Shown: one piece after another, positions 25,734 through 36,269 of the stretch | How positions within the stretch are numbered: position 1 is the first letter of the stretch | Layout: the number at the start of each line of letters is the position of its first letter | Assembly (NCBI GenBank): GCA_043228905.1 | Contig: JBHGNT010000001.1 | Coordinates: forward strand, 22,940,001 to 23,004,000 | Source of the DNA: Azolla caroliniana | Lineage: Eukaryota > Plantae > Polypodiophyta | DNA: 64,000 nucleotides | Reading direction: 5' to 3' | Notes under the pieces: generated by a model | What the model saw: only the letters and a program-made list of their open reading frames with translations | What the model was told of the DNA's origin: nothing | The model's database searches: none | Translations under genes and position numbers: made by a program

Positions 25734-25956
25734 TCCTCGATCACTCCCACGATTTCTTCGTCTTCTTTTATTATTGATGCCGACCGTAACTTATCCTCCA
25801 CTTGTCGGTATTGTTTCTTCATTCCTCCGGTTACGGCCGTGTACGTAGATGCCCCATCCGGGCCGATTCGTACTTGTTTTGCTCCGAGAGTTTTCTTCCT
25901 GTGTGGGGTATCAGGGCTTCTCGGACTATCACTTCCCCACTCCGCAACAGTCCGCT

Positions 25957-28083
25957 TTAAAAATCCATTCTCACTTGGGACAAGAGTTCCCTCTTGTTCT
26001 TTTCGTGATTTGCCGGCACCGTTAGGAATTGGACGGATTTCCCTCCGTTTTGGCTCCGAATTCGCGCAAAAGCCGCACCACTATCGAGCACCTTCGTCTC
26101 CATCCGTGAAGCCGTGATAAAGGGTTGGCCGAGGATGACAGAATGTGAAACCTCATCCTGCACAAAGAAATTTTGGTCAATTTCGACATCCCCAATCTTT
26201 ACCGTCACATCCGGACAAGCCGCAAATAGGTCTTCTGTCGTTTTCGTGGCTGCCCGAATCTTCCATCCATGGTTGGTGTTTATAGGCCACTTCCCCTTTC
26301 GGTAGAACTCCTTGGACATCAAGTTGATCTCCGATCCGTGATCAATCAATGCTAGCACGGGTTCTTTGATGTTGCCGATTCGGACCGGAGTCTCCGTAGT
26401 CGCACGTGCCCAGTGTGGCCTTGTATAGTGGGAGTTCGGAATTTCGCCTTCCACTTCGGTGTCGTTCATTGAAACGGTATTTGCATTCACCCTTGGAGCA
26501 TTTTCCTCCGTACTTTGTCTCTTCCTTTTCACGAGATCCACGAGAAGATCGTGAAACTCCTTCTTCGCTATTCCAAGTAGTTCCCGCAGCGAAAAATCTA
26601 CCCGGCTATCCAAGATTCTTTCCTCGAACACTCTTTTCAAGTCGGTTTGTTGTTCTATGTCCGAGGCGAGCTTGAATGCCGGAGTCGCCTTTTCTTTTCC
26701 CTTACCTCCGGAGTTCCAGCTTTCCGGTATCTTCGATGGTCCGGCCGCATCCTCCGTGCGCCGTCGTTTCTCGTCCACATACACCTCATGTAATTGACAC
26801 AGGGCGTATATGCTATTCTTGTCGACAGGGCACTCCCATCCCGTAGCTTCCCGGACGCCTTCCGCGGTGTTTCGGATATCGTTGGAGTCGGTTTTCTCGG
26901 TGTTTCCTAGCACCTCCGGCCAGAAAGACGCCTTCGCTCCCATTGACTCCCCGACACATATTCCCACGGTTGTCGCATAGTTGCTTCTTGCCGCTAACTC
27001 CTCCTCGAGCACCTTCTTCATGCCGCCTTTCCGGAAGTTCGGTCGGAGTGGCTTCCGAGAGTCCATCGAATGAATCCGGTTTCCCTCGTAGTAGATGAGA
27101 TCCCGTCGTAGCGCCTCCTTATGGTCGTCGCAATCCCTCCGATCGTGTTCGGCGCTATCGCACCATATGCACCGTCGATCCGTATATTTGGAGCTTGTGG
27201 GGCGGTCATCCGACTTCTTCACCATCGCGATCTTTAGATTCTCCATCTCCTTCAGCAGCTGCTCCACCGTAGACGCGTCGACTCCCTTCTCGGCCGTAAT
27301 CTCCCGAGCCCTCGGTTGATGGTCTTCCAGTCCCGTTCTCGGTTTCGGAATCGGTTCCGAAACCCTCTTTTCTTCGTTGGCAAGCCATTTCCCCCTCTTC
27401 GTGTACCGCGCGACGATATCCCGCACGCTTTCCCATGTTTCGGTGAGGCCGCTTTCGGTGGTCGTGTCCTCAAGAAGCACTCCGAGATCTTTCCGGTCCC
27501 GGACGTCCACAGCTCGCAAAAACATGATGACTTTGTCCGGTGCAAGAATAGTTTGATCTCTCGCGGACAACCTCCCGAACCGACTTTCGAATGTCGAAAA
27601 CACTTCGAGGACCTTCAGCCCCTTACCTGACGTTTCCACCCAATCCTCGAATCCCCTCCGCGTTGCCTTGGAGGAGTCCTCGATGGCAAACGTGGTCTTT
27701 AACGCCTCTTCGAATGCTTCCCACGTCGGATTTTGTTGTTGCAACCCGTGGATACTCCCTTGAAGCCCGTCGATCGCCACCCGGTTAAAGGATGTCACTT
27801 GCAGTCCTTCCGAAGCCCGGCACCGGAGCATCTCCGCCTTGTAGTCCTGCAAATATCGCGACACATCCTTACCATTAAATTGCCCGTTGCGTTGCACGAG
27901 CCGCTCTACTGATGCCGAAATCTCCGACATCGTGCGTTGTTCTTGAAGCATCCGTTCGAACATCGCCATCATATTGTTAGCTTGTTGAGCCTCCATCTCC
28001 TTGCCACCCGTCTTCACGTCGGGTTCACCAACTGTGTCGTGCCTTTCGGCTTCGGATCGTTGCGTGAGTCGGGTGGGAACCAC
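25957..28083 (-). CDS. Gypsy Gag plus aspartic protease
   Basis: 708-aa ORF with a CIWCDSAEHDRRDC zinc knuckle, ALIDHGSEIN protease motif and ILGQPF. The real ATG is probably at about 27996 (MEAQQ). Confidence 0.9.
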   Translation of the reverse strand: MVPTRLTQRSEAERHDTVGEPDVKTGGKEMEAQQANNMMAMFERMLQEQRTMSEISASVERLVQRNGQFNGKDVSRYLQDYKAEMLRCRASEGLQVTSFNRVAIDGLQGSIHGLQQQNPTWEAFEEALKTTFAIEDSSKATRRGFEDWVETSGKGLKVLEVFSTFESRFGRLSARDQTILAPDKVIMFLRAVDVRDRKDLGVLLEDTTTESGLTETWESVRDIVARYTKRGKWLANEEKRVSEPIPKPRTGLEDHQPRAREITAEKGVDASTVEQLLKEMENLKIAMVKKSDDRPTSSKYTDRRCIWCDSAEHDRRDCDDHKEALRRDLIYYEGNRIHSMDSRKPLRPNFRKGGMKKVLEEELAARSNYATTVGICVGESMGAKASFWPEVLGNTEKTDSNDIRNTAEGVREATGWECPVDKNSIYALCQLHEVYVDEKRRRTEDAAGPSKIPESWNSGGKGKEKATPAFKLASDIEQQTDLKRVFEERILDSRVDFSLRELLGIAKKEFHDLLVDLVKRKRQSTEENAPRVNANTVSMNDTEVEGEIPNSHYTRPHWARATTETPVRIGNIKEPVLALIDHGSEINLMSKEFYRKGKWPINTNHGWKIRAATKTTEDLFAACPDVTVKIGDVEIDQNFFVQDEVSHSVILGQPFITASRMETKVLDSGAAFARIRSQNGGKSVQFLTVPANHEKNKRELLSQVRMDF
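28013..28030 (-). other. Primer binding site complementary to tRNA-Trp
   Basis: The plus strand reads ttcacgtcgggttcacca, matching the 3' 18 nt of plant cytosolic tRNA-Trp including CCA as I recall it. It lies 4 nt from the 5' LTR. Confidence 0.8.
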
Positions 28084-31000
28084 AGAGGTCTTGGACTAGG
28101 AGAAAGAAGTTCGTGAGATAGAGATTAATTATGAGTAAATAGCAAAGAGAAAGATAAGAAACTCGTGAATCACACGAGTATACTATATTAATTGGTACTT
28201 AGGGTGTTAAGAGAGAAGTAGATGTATAAATCGTGAATCCCACGAATAATTTTTGTATTGATTAATACTTAATCCAAATAATCAACAACCCTTTATATAT
28301 TTCTCTCCTCCTTATATAAGGAAGGAAGAGCTAAGCATGGCTTCATGCTTTTTTTTTTTACAAAAAGTGTTCATGTCCACTAAATGTGCATGTGATGCTT
28401 TTTTATTTCCTAAGTATAGGGCTCATGCACGCTAGATGTGCATGAGTTATTTTTAGTGTCTCGTGTTTTTCTTTTTCTTTTCTTTTTTCATATAATTAAA
28501 AAAATACACGATTTACCTTTTAATAAAGGTATGCATAAATAAAGGTCTTATACGTATTAAATCTATATTTAAAACACTTAAGATAATTTAATGTAATGGT
28601 AAGGTTGGGGTTTGTCAACGTGGAGGTGCAGAGTTTGAATCACGCCCTGTGTAGTAGTGAGTATTTCCTTTTTACATTTATGTCTCTTTATCCGGCTCTT
28701 CCTTGCCGGTATGCCGTTTTCTTCCTTGCCGGTATGCCGTTTTCTTCCGGTTCTCACCGAGCACTCCATTCTCTATCCGGAGGGACAAAAATATAATTTC
28801 CACATAGTGTGCAACCTACACTACGACATCGTGTTGTGCGAATCTATGTCTATCAACTTATGGAAAGTCAAGGTTACGTGAAACACGACAAAAATACTTG
28901 TCGCTTAATGGGGAAGAGCAAGATACATTTCTTCTTGCGCATATGCAACTTAAATTGGATCACAAAGCAAGGCCTAATTCAATGGCTGCAACGAGTTCAA
29001 GAGCGACTTCTGAAGGGCTCCTGGGTACAGTTCGATCAAAATGGTTCTGGATGTAAGGGTCAAATTGGGCAACAGGAAATTAGGTGAATGGAGGTATATT
29101 TTTCAAAACAGTGCGAAGTTATGCCAACGACAGGAAGACTTCATTTGTCAGATAACTTTACTCGAAGGGAAGTTTACCAATCGTACAAGGACGACATGTC
29201 TTCCGATGTTGAGCCTTACATACAGTACAGACATTTTAATCGACTATGGAGGTTACAATTTAATAACGTGGTTATCCCACGAAAGGTGCGAATGGGAGTC
29301 TGCTCAATATGTGCGAGTTTAAAAAGTATGGCCAAGGGTGGAAAATCAGATGTAGAGATCAAGAATTACAAGAACCTGTTAAAAGAACATCGTGAAAGTC
29401 AGGCATTGGAACGTACTAAGGCTATGCATCACCGACAAAAAGCGTTTCAATCTCCCGAAAAGTATATGTGCATGATTATTGACAGCATGGATCAAAAGAA
29501 AACTTGTTTGCCGCATTTTCAAAGACTCCCCAAGGATATTGGAGATGAGTGTCTCGTGCAAATGCATCTAGTGGGTTGTTTGACATATTGTCAAACTATA
29601 AGACCGCAAGTGTTCTTAACTTATCCCAATATCCACAACGACCCTAATCTTACTGTCACTATCATGCACAGGGTATTGCAATCATGGTCAGGTATACTCC
29701 CGCCAGTTCTATATGTGCAACTAGACAACACAGCAAGAGAGAATAAGAACTCAACTGTCTTCGGCTATCTAAGCATGCTAGTAGAGAGGGGCATATTTAA
29801 AAAGATAAAGGTTAACTTCTTGTTGGTTGGTCATACCCATGATCACATAGATCAAATGTTCAGTAGGTTCTCAAAGAAACTTGCTCGCTGTAATGCTTTC
29901 ACACTTCCCACGCTATCCAAATTGATTAGTGAAGCATATACACCAAAGCCTGAAGTACAACACTTGGAAGAAGTATACGACTTTAAACGTTTCTGCATGG
30001 ATAGTGACGGGACTAAAGGTAGGGTGCTTGCACCTCTTAATAATATAAGTTTCAACCATGTCTTCCTCATAAAACAAAGATCGGCCCACCTGAAGATGAC
30101 GGTGTTGTTTGCGAAACAATACTCATCTAGTGCACAATGGGAGCCCCAAGAAGGTTGTAGGCTCCTTCTTCATATCCCAGATGAACCTCTACATGGTGCA
30201 CAACAAATGCCATATGATGATCGTAAAACTGTAGCACCAAATAGTACTATTGATGAACAAAGGGCATATTGGTTGAGATGTCTAGCAGAGAAACAAAATA
30301 ATATTGAACGGACTAAGAAGTATGCCGGTGATGAGGATGTTGAATGGTGGGAGATTTTCTTCACCCATCAACGCACCATTTTAGATAATTACATCGCCGG
30401 TTTATGGCCAATCCGTATCCCATTCACATGGAACATTGGGATGACATCAACGATATCACAGACTCATCACCAACAATCGAATAATATGGAGCTTCATGAT
30501 TTAGTTCGGCCACTGCAAAGAGATATTTATGTGGGACCAAGAAAGTCACGTACTGTTGAGGCAAGATGGCAAGGTAATTTGCAAGAACTACAAGTGGGAA
30601 TGTTGGTTGCAACATTAGCAGGGGACGATACCTTGGGCCATCCATTTTGGATTGCAAAAATTATTGAATTAGTAAGGGATGAAGAAAGTAGTCAGACAAA
30701 GTCAATAGTAGTCCACTGGTATCAGACAAATTCACCTGATGCATTTACAGGAAAGTATTCTTTAGAGATGGTTAAGGATGTCAGATGTTCAAGCAGAAAG
30801 AGAAGAAGAAAGAATATACCGAGCACGGCTACTCTCGCACTAGACCGTGTTGACATACTAGTATATGACTTCTCATTGACAAAATCAGGTCATCTAAGAC
30901 AAGCAACTATCAAGATAATAAAGGAGAAAATCCCAAACATGGTGTCAAACGAAATACAGAGAATAACCAGAAGCAATTCTCATAACCACAAAGATGTTGG

Positions 31001-31463
31001 GTTGGAATTGGATGAGGATAATGCTTTGATTGCCACTGATGATGAGGATGAGACGTCAAAATGCTCTTCTAGTCCATCAGACATGTCTTAATATATTGGT
31101 TTGGTTCAAGCTGGGGATTGTTTTACTACATGATCGGAAAGTTTGTAAATTTGTTTTGGATGTAAACTCACGAATATGTATAATTGTAACTGGTAGACAT
31201 GTTGTACATTATTTTGTAATTTTGGTGATGTATTTTTGGAGGCATTTTACTTATGCCTCAAAGTGGTAGTCATGTTGAAATTCAATATATTTTGCCACCT
31301 TTTCTGAAAAGCTTTACGCATGCGTCGTGTCTTTTTGAAAACTGCGTGCTCTTGTGCCCTTTTTCGACGTAGTGTTCTCATAATGCGACATATTACCTGT
31401 TTCAAATGACCCGGTGTTTTGTACTGTTTGTGTGGTTAAACCTATGTATAATTTTTGTTAACA

Positions 31464-31921
31464 TCCAGTGAAGTTAGTTAGGTCTTCAAGCTTCCACAAG
31501 AAATTCTTTTCTTGGTATCTGAGCACGAGGGTTGAGAATCCTCTACTGCCGACAAAAAGCCTAAGTACACCACAAGTAGGAGCCGAAGGGTGGTCATCTT
31601 GACTACTAGTGAGAAATATCTAGTCGTAGTCAACCCCATGTTCTTGTTTGAATCCTTTGGCAATGAGTTGAGCTTTGTATTTGGGCTTCTTTGAGTCAGA
31701 TATATATTTGAATCTAAAGACCCATCTGCAGGGCGGTGGCTTCCTTCTAGCTGGTAGTTCAACGAGGACCCATGTTTTACTCTGATGAATCTACTCCATC
31801 TCGGATTTCATGGTGTGTAACCATGAGTCAGCTTCTCGCGCGGCTATGGCTTCCTCATAGGAGCTTAGTTCGCCTGCATCAGTGTAATTAAAGTAGTTGA
31901 GGCCCAATTGATAGAACTTTG
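31464..31921 (-). mobile_element. Upstream RT fragment of the copia element interrupted at 16299
   Basis: Degenerate copia RT (YFSLVVKMTTLRLLL), collinear with the fragment ending at 16299. Confidence 0.65.
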
Positions 31922-32193
31922 TGTTGAGATATCGGTCCCTCCGGATGGGGATCGGAGAAGTCCGAGAAGAATGAGCCGGATCTGAGCGACCGGAAGGATA
32001 TCCGAAAACCGGATCGGATGGACCCGGAAGAGATCCGGCCGGATTCGGTATGAACCGTGAAGAGAGACAAATTGGTAAATATGTTTCTTATGGGCCGTTG
32101 AGGCCACTTTTGTAAATGGCCCGTAAGTTATATAAGTATAAATATAACTTAAGGCCAATATTATAATAGTTGTTGTGATCATTCTTAGTGTTG

Positions 32194-32230
<37 letters not shown>

Positions 32231-33465
32231 AAAGTATTTTCTGTTGTAACTGTTGGTTGGCGAAGACAGAACTTGAGGTCGTTGCCTCTGAGTCTTCCAT
32301 TGTATCCTTTCTCTCTATAGTGATTGAGTTCAGAGTTAGAGAACTCCCGTATTTTTGCCTCTCGAGGTTTTCCGCGTTAATATCCCGTGTCACTTCATTT
32401 CGGTGCAAGTGTGTATCAATCTACTTGTTTTTTGGTTTGTTTCTTCCATTGTGAGTTTGAGAATCGGTTGTGGCTAAGCACTATTTGCAACAATTTGGTA
32501 TCAAAGCATTGAAGATCCATCCGGCGGCATGTTCAAGCTCACTAGCTCCAACTACCCAGTATGGAAGTAAAAAATGAGGGACATGTTGGTGGTGAAAGAT
32601 CTTTGGTTGCCGGTGTAGTTTGGAGATGCAATACCAGACAAGATAGATACTCCATCTTGGGAGGTAATGCACATATAGGGCCTACATCCAATGCTTCATC
32701 GACATGAGCCTATACAACAACTTCAATGAGGAGAAGAAGGCTCACGAACTCTGAGAGAAGATAGGCATCATGTTTCAGAACAAGAATGATGTAAATCGAG
32801 TCTCAGTATTTCAAAAGTTGGTGAGACTCAGATATCAAGACGGCTCCAATATGGTAGAGCACATGAATGCCTTCCAGGGGCTTATAAATCAAACAACCTT
32901 GTTGGAAGTACCCCTAGCCAGCGAGGTACTCGCGTTGCTATTGCTCAGTTCCCTCCCGGATAGTTGGGAGACGTTAATTGTCACTTTGGGCAACGCCATG
33001 CCGGAAGGGAAACACCTATCCCTAACAAGGGTAAAATCAAGCTTGTTGAACAAAGAGGCTTGTTGGAAAGACAAGGAAGTGATCTCCGACCCAAAAGCCC
33101 TAGTTATTGAAACCGACGCACATTGAGGAAGAGGCTAGAATCGGAGTCCCCAGAATCGGGACAAATCGGGGACAAGGTTGAAGTCAAGGGGGAGGCCTAT
33201 GTGCTTCTATTGTGGGAAGCCTGGGCACTTCCAAAAGAATTGCCGACACTTCCAGAAGGAGAAAGGGGGAGCTAACAATGCCGACTCGAAGAAGGGTCCG
33301 GACCGGAAGAGTTTGAATCAGAAAGGAACGACGGCAACCGCAACAAGCAAAGAAGAACTACTGCTCATCACCGAGGAGAGCGAGCTACATCTTGTCAGTG
33401 AGGAAACGACATGGGTGATCGACTCCAGCGCGTGTTCCATTTGACCCCCGGCCGGAAGTGCCTCA

Positions 33466-33902
33466 TGTCATGAACACATGACCATTATGGCGTCACCCGG
33501 ACTTGAACCTCGAACCTTGTAATCCATACTTGAAAACCTCAACCATTAAGATAGCTTATTGTTATATGAAACAATAAAAGCTACTTCTTGTATTACATTG
33601 ATTATTGTAAAACCTCTAGATTATTCTAGAATGTTCTAGAATGTCCTAGAACATTCTAGAACATTCTAGAAATCTCTAAGCTATTCTATAGGAACCTATA
33701 AATAAGGGCCTACATGTATTCTCAAATCAATTCGTATCAACACCAGTCTTTAGCTCTCATTACATATCTTGTATCCATTCTCTTTCTTTCTCTATCTTAT
33801 ACATCCATTCTTCTCTTAGTATTTCGTTCCTTTCTTCTCGTGCTCTCTAATATCCTTCTTCCATCACTCTATCTTTTATCCTTGGTTCTAACAGTTTGAT
33901 TC

Positions 33903-33937
<35 letters not shown>

Positions 33938-36269
33938 CTCCTTTGTAACCATCCTGAAACCATGGCTGCCATTAACTCAAAAGAATATCTCACCCTTGTT
34001 GCAGAAATGGAGAACCTTAAATCCAAGTTTGCATCTCTTGAAGTAGAGAATCAACGTCTACTTGGGGATCTACAAAAGGTTACTATAGAGAAGCAACAAC
34101 AACAAGAGGAGTTCACGCGACGAGTGCAACAGTTAGAGTCGACAATCGTAGTGTTACAACAACAAAGGGTTGAAGGTTAGGGACTTATCAAGGAGCCCAA
34201 ATTTAGCCTCCCAGCTAAATTTGATGGGTCAAGGGCGCATTTCCGAGGTTTCTTGAATCAAGTACGGTTGGTGATTCAAATGCATCCCACGCATTATCCA
34301 ACAGATGCATCACGAGTCGGGCTAGTGGGCACCTTATTGACTGGCATAGCGTTGTCGTGGTTTGCTCCATTGCTGGAGACCAATTCTCCTCTACTGAATA
34401 ATTTCGAGGAATTTATCAAGGAATTTAAGGCTTGTTTCAGAGATACTGATGGGGCGAGAACAACTATCAACAAGATTCGTACACTTCGTCAAGGTGATCA
34501 ACCAGCTTCGACATATGCTACCAATTTCTGTCTCATCGCAAGCGATATTCCTTGGGATGAACAAGCCCTAATGGAGCCATTCCGTTCAGGCCTTCATAGT
34601 GATGTCAAAGACTTACTTCTTACCTTTCCCGAGGATCCAAGGTCACTTACAGAAGCTATTAGTTGAGCAATACGGTGTGATAATCGTCTTTTTGAGCGTC
34701 GATGTGAGTGACAACAACAAATAACAAGATCAAGATTCACACCAACTTATGCATCAGTAATGGCACAATCATCCCCAAGGCAAATGTATAGCCCTGCTCC
34801 AACTCCAAGGCAAACACGTAGTCCAGTCCCAATGGATAGTCCTGCACCCATGGAGATCGATATGACTCAAAGACGAGGACTGTTGTCAGACGAAGAGAAG
34901 CAACGTCGTCAAGCAAACCATCTATGCTTATATTGCGGAGGTCCAGGACATATAGCCATTCATTGCTCCCGTAGGCCGAGACATCAGGTAAATCAAATTC
35001 ACTATGACAATAAAAATGAGTCCAACATTTTAGAAGCAGTTAGTGAATCTAATATTATGAATAATCCACCCTTGTCCAATAAATTTGAAGTCCTAAGCCA
35101 ATTAGAAGAGGAGTCAAACGAATAAGTCCAGCCAAAATAGGAGCCATTTGGTTGGACAACCCTAGATATGTACAACCTAGTGTGGGTTCCATTTCTTCCA
35201 AGCATGTTAGTAGAGTCTTCTCAGACCTAGTACAAGTTAGGACACCCAGTTGTCAACTTCAAGTCCAAGCCCTCTTAGATACTGGAGCCAATTCTTGTTT
35301 CATGGATAGAGATTTTGCCCAAAAACACCAAATATCCTTGCATACACTTCCTTGTCCAGTTTCCGTAGTAGTGATTGATGGAAGCCCCATAGCTTCCGGG
35401 AAGATATTTGAAGAGTCTGAGCCAATACACATACTCTTGGGTGATTTAGGATGTGTAGTTTCCTTTAACATAATCTGTAGTCCTGAGCATCCAATTGTCC
35501 TCGGTTTGCCATGGTTCGAGTTACATAACCCTAGAATCGATTGGAGGAAGCGAGAAATTAGGTGCCCTTTAGTAGAAAATATCATTGTCAAGGATCGAAC
35601 TCGGAATTATCCTCCTAAAGTATATAGTTCTACCGATGCACCATATCCTTCTCATCACATTGCAACAATTGTGCCAAGTGGGAGGCAAGGAGGAGCTTTT
35701 CTTATTTGCAGTATCAGTGACACCTTCTAGTGTCACTCAAGGGAATTCAGACATCCAAATTCCCAAAAAATATCAAGACTATGCTGATGTTTTCGACAAA
35801 GTCAAAGCTAGTGTTCTTCCAAAGCATCGACCGTACGACTGTCCTATTGATCTCCAACTAGGAAAAGAGCCACTGTGGGGTCCGATTTACAATTTATCAC
35901 CCATTGAGCTTGAGGTTCTTCGAGAATACATCGAGGAAAATCTTGCACATGGATTTATTCGACATTCAAAGTCTCCAGCTGGTGCTCTTATCTTTTTTGT
36001 GAAGAAAAAGGACGGCTCCCTTCGTTTGGTCGTGGACTATCGAGGCTTAAATAAAGTCACCATAAGGAATATGTATGCTTTACCTTTAATCTCCAATCTC
36101 TTAGAACGCATTGGTGGGGCAAAGCATTTTACAAACATTGATCTAAGGGGTGCATATAATCTTGTTCGAATTCAGCCGGGAGATGAGTGGAAAACAGCAT
36201 TTCGTACTCGGTATAGTCATTTCGAGTATACAGTCATGCCTTTCGGGCTCACAAATGTTGGTTCTAACA
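33466..36269 (+). mobile_element. Ty3/gypsy element of the same family as the chromovirus at 44903 (Tcn1/Tf1-like), 5' LTR 33466-33893, deleted from mid-RT to the last 12 bp of the 3' LTR
   Basis: 5-bp TSD cctca at 33461-33465 and 36270-36274. Gag (LLTGIALSWF, CLYCGGPGH), ALLDTGA protease and RT ([16 protein letters not shown]...VMPFGLTN), then ttggttctaaca. Confidence 0.9.
33624..33671 (+). promoter_or_regulatory. Heat-shock-element (nGAAn) array in LTR U3, upstream of a TATA box
   Basis: ttc-ta-gaa-tg-ttc-ta-gaa-tg-tcc-ta-gaa-ca-ttc-ta-gaa-ca-ttc-ta-gaa gives 10 alternating pentamers, 9 of them consensus. TATAAATA follows at about 33697. Confidence 0.75.

Larger units (their letters stand above)
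21579..28828 (-). mobile_element. Young full-length Ty3/gypsy LTR retrotransposon (non-chromovirus), LTRs 21579-22368 and 28035-28828
   Basis: Near-identical 790/794-bp LTRs with TG...CA ends. 4-bp TSD tcgt at 21575-21578 and 28829-28832. PPT ggagggggcgag on the minus strand at 22369-22380. tRNA-Trp PBS. Confidence 0.96.
21245..31091 (+). pseudogene. Sola1/DUF7869-like DDE transposase split by a gypsy insertion (21245-21578 plus 28833-31091)
   Basis: Removing the gypsy and one TSD restores ...DLNKS|CCANLCL...EQDTFLL. The 667-aa ORF 29088-31091 has CSIC, IIDSMDQKK, LYVQLDNTARENKN and FLLVGHTHDHIDQMFS. There is a frameshift or deletion at about 28960-28980 and a TGA at 29085-29087. Confidence 0.8.
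16609..31418. mobile_element. TIR DNA transposon (Sola1/DUF7869-like), about 7.6 kb without the nested gypsy, carrying a transposase and a ParB-like/DNA methyltransferase gene
   Basis: Perfect 33-bp TIR aacaccgggtcatttgaaacaggtaatatgtcg at 16609-16641, with its reverse complement at 31386-31418. 4-bp TSD ttgt at 16605-16608 and 31419-31422. Two divergent genes inside. Confidence 0.92.
16300..31463. mobile_element. Probable solo LTR (16300-16608 plus 31423-31463, about 350 bp) split by the TIR transposon
   Basis: TGTTG...TTAACA termini interrupt a copia RT. Non-coding with a CT microsatellite. No clean TSD found. Confidence 0.45.

Noticed and set aside
16611-31416. CACTA/EnSpm element
   Set aside because: No 3-bp TSD at the CACC ends, no TnpD/Transposase_21 motifs and no subterminal repeat arrays.
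33488-33556. Genuine tRNA gene
   Set aside because: There is no acceptor stem or convincing anticodon arm, and it lies inside an LTR. Reported only as a tRNA-like module.
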